Part shown: positions 62,115 through 64,000 of the stretch, piece after piece
Layout of the letters: each line of letters starts with the position of its first letter
Position numbering within the stretch: the first letter of the stretch is position 1
IMG/VR virus record: IMGVR_UViG_3300005326_000046
Coordinates: 1 to 64,000 of that record
Strand: one strand, 5' to 3'
DNA length: 64,000 bases
Origin: a virus
Taxonomy: Duplodnaviria; Caudoviricetes
The notes under the pieces: generated by a model
Database searches by the model: none
Told to the model about the DNA's origin: nothing
What the model saw: only the letters and a program-made list of their open reading frames with translations
Position numbers and translations under genes: made by a program

Positions 62115-63740
62115 TCAGGTCACCTCTTCCAGATAATCGCCATGACTCCATCCCGTTATGGAAAGTCCGTTCAGCGAACCGGTTACGCGCAACCAGGGCG
62201 CGTCTTCCTCCAACACCGTGAGCACTGCCCCCTGCGGCCAGACACCGATCACTTGTGAGTTGACATTGGCTGTGGATCGACACCGCAAACCGATAGCTGG
62301 CAGAACCTTAACGAATCTGCCCGTGCGCAAGTCCGACATGCGCGCAAACAGGAACCGGCCGGGGCACACCGTGCCCGCCATGACTTCACGATGAGCGAAG
62401 ACCCCCAGCGGCTGGGGTGACAGAAAGTCATTCAGCACATGAATAACTTTCACAAGCGTATCGAGCAATAGTTGCGGTGGTTCGTCCGTGTCGAAGTTGC
62501 CCATGCAGGACACGCCAATCGAATCCGTGTTCGCGCCGCCCGCGTGCCAGCGGATCGTTCCGATGTCCCCGACGTAGTGCACGGAACCATCCACGTTGAC
62601 GCCGATGTGATAGCCGATGCCGGGCCATCCTTTGCTCGCCACATGGTAGTGCGCAACGGTCTCCCATGTAGTGGTCGTGGGTGTCGCCGTGTGGTGGATG
62701 ACGATGCGGTTGATTGCGTCAAGTTGCCGAGTTTGGTATGTTTCTGCACCGGTCTCCAATTCCGCGCGCAGATCAGTGAACGCTTCCCCAAATGCTGTGC
62801 GCAGTGCGTCAGCCAGGGTTGCGGTGGCGGGTTCCTGTGGAGGTATCTCTATGGGGATGTTGTGATAGTGGTTGGCGAGGATGTCAACCACTTCGCCGTC
62901 AATGCGGTAGGTGTCCCACTTGGCGTCGCCGTTGGACCCCAGGCAGTAGACGCAGTAGCCCAAGATGCGGTCGCTCCACTGTTCGCAGTACTGACCGATG
63001 TTGATCAGGTCTTGCGCATACTGTTTGGCCGATGCACCAGGCATGGCGGCCCACCCCGCGGCCTTCTTGCCCGTGATCAAGCCGTCGATCCCGTACTCCG
63101 TGATGCCAAACTTGAGCTTCTTGTACGGGATCAGGGGTAGCACTTGCTTTTCCAGCCTGTGAATGTTCCAGTCGGCGCCGCCCTTGCTGTCGGGCCCCCA
63201 GAGGGTGGGCGTGCCATACTGGTGCGCAATCCAGATGTGGCCCCAGCGTTCAGCAAACTCCATGGATTCATCTACCTGTCGCCACAGCGCGGCGCGGTCA
63301 TTCTCCGGCAGGTCCGGTTGCCCCGTGGACGTACCATCCATCGCGCCGTGATAGTTGGCCTCGTTCGCCAGTTGCATGCGGCGCAACAGGTAGCGATTCA
63401 GGTTCGGGCGTTGGTCCCAGAACGGGCACACTTCGTTCTCTACGGCCCAGTAGTCTACCAGCCCAAAGGCCTCATTGTTCACAATCAGACCGTGTGCCCA
63501 CTGCGCCGCGCCTTCGGGATCGTTTTTGATCCGCTCGTTCATCTCGTTGTCTTCAACGTAGACGCGCGCGATGGTCGTGGTGTTGGGGCACACCGCCTTC
63601 AGTAGTTGCATGTCCTCGCGTTTTGGGATCAGCTTGAGCGCCAGGCGCGGTTGCCACAAGGACAGTGTGTCAACGAACGGCGACACGCTGCCCGAGATGT
63701 GCGGGCCGATGATCGCGCCCTTACTCATCGCTGCCCCCAT
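62115..63740 (-). CDS. Modular endolysin: glycoside-hydrolase-like domain, amidase-2, SH3b
   Basis: IVIHHTA; WPGIGYHIGV; WHAGGANTDSIG; FAHRE; CPG; C-terminal GLRCRS...IGVWPQGAVLTV...WLRV. Confidence 0.88.
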   Translation of the reverse strand: MGAAMSKGAIIGPHISGSVSPFVDTLSLWQPRLALKLIPKREDMQLLKAVCPNTTTIARVYVEDNEMNERIKNDPEGAAQWAHGLIVNNEAFGLVDYWAVENEVCPFWDQRPNLNRYLLRRMQLANEANYHGAMDGTSTGQPDLPENDRAALWRQVDESMEFAERWGHIWIAHQYGTPTLWGPDSKGGADWNIHRLEKQVLPLIPYKKLKFGITEYGIDGLITGKKAAGWAAMPGASAKQYAQDLINIGQYCEQWSDRILGYCVYCLGSNGDAKWDTYRIDGEVVDILANHYHNIPIEIPPQEPATATLADALRTAFGEAFTDLRAELETGAETYQTRQLDAINRIVIHHTATPTTTTWETVAHYHVASKGWPGIGYHIGVNVDGSVHYVGDIGTIRWHAGGANTDSIGVSCMGNFDTDEPPQLLLDTLVKVIHVLNDFLSPQPLGVFAHREVMAGTVCPGRFLFARMSDLRTGRFVKVLPAIGLRCRSTANVNSQVIGVWPQGAVLTVLEEDAPWLRVTGSLNGLSITGWSHGDYLEEVT

Positions 63741-64000
63741 TGGTCATGCGTTCCGCACGATAGGCCAGGCCGTATTTCTGATTCACCAGGTCATAGAGGA
63801 TCTGCGCGGCGTAGCTGTTCTTCATCCAGGTTTCCGAATGCGTCGCTTCCAGTTGACGTAACGCTTCCTCAGTGTACCAACGCCCAATGCGCGTTATGTC
63901 GCCCAACGCTTCGGGATGCTCTTCAGACGGCAGGGTGCGATGGGGTTCAACAAACTGATCCTTGAAGAGGTCAACGCGGTGATACATGCCAGGCGGCAAG
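63721..64000 (-). CDS. Hypothetical protein (partial, begins beyond right edge)
   Basis: Open frame to the edge; stop overlaps endolysin start. Confidence 0.5.
   Translation of the reverse strand, partial: LPPGMYHRVDLFKDQFVEPHRTLPSEEHPEALGDITRIGRWYTEEALRQLEATHSETWMKNSYAAQILYDLVNQKYGLAYRAERMTNGGSDE

Overview
The window is most of a GC-rich tailed dsDNA phage genome (HK97-fold capsid, siphovirus-type head-tail and tail-tube genes). No integrase, CRISPR array, tRNA or rRNA is visible. A Chloroflexota-like host is only a weak guess from the lysin domain make-up. Minus-strand late genes fall in three blocks: tail tube/connectors/protease-capsid (1-10702), terminase/portal/head morphogenesis (29102-33934) and lysis plus accessory enzymes (59688-64000). 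Plus-strand early/middle operons fill the gaps and run from repeated near-consensus sigma70 promoters. They include an SNF2/IbrAB-like/methyltransferase cluster, dozens of small ORFs, a replication module (initiator, DnaC-like loader, intein-containing DnaB), a RecT-like protein, SbcC, SbcD and RusA. The stand-out feature is a solitary Cas7-like RAMP gene (34655-35350) in the same apparent operon as a 968-bp non-coding array (36287-37254). The array parses exactly into 187 NGY-NN pentamers in 34 blocks and is a candidate RNA-guided system resembling VIPR (recalled from memory, not checked). Other highlights: a ~520-nt highly structured ORF-free antisense RNA candidate beside two glycosyltransferases in the tail operon, a CHAT/caspase-like protease next to the endolysin, helically phased promoter boxes, and a nested capsid start inside a protease-capsid fusion. 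All assignments come from motifs read by eye; no searches were run.
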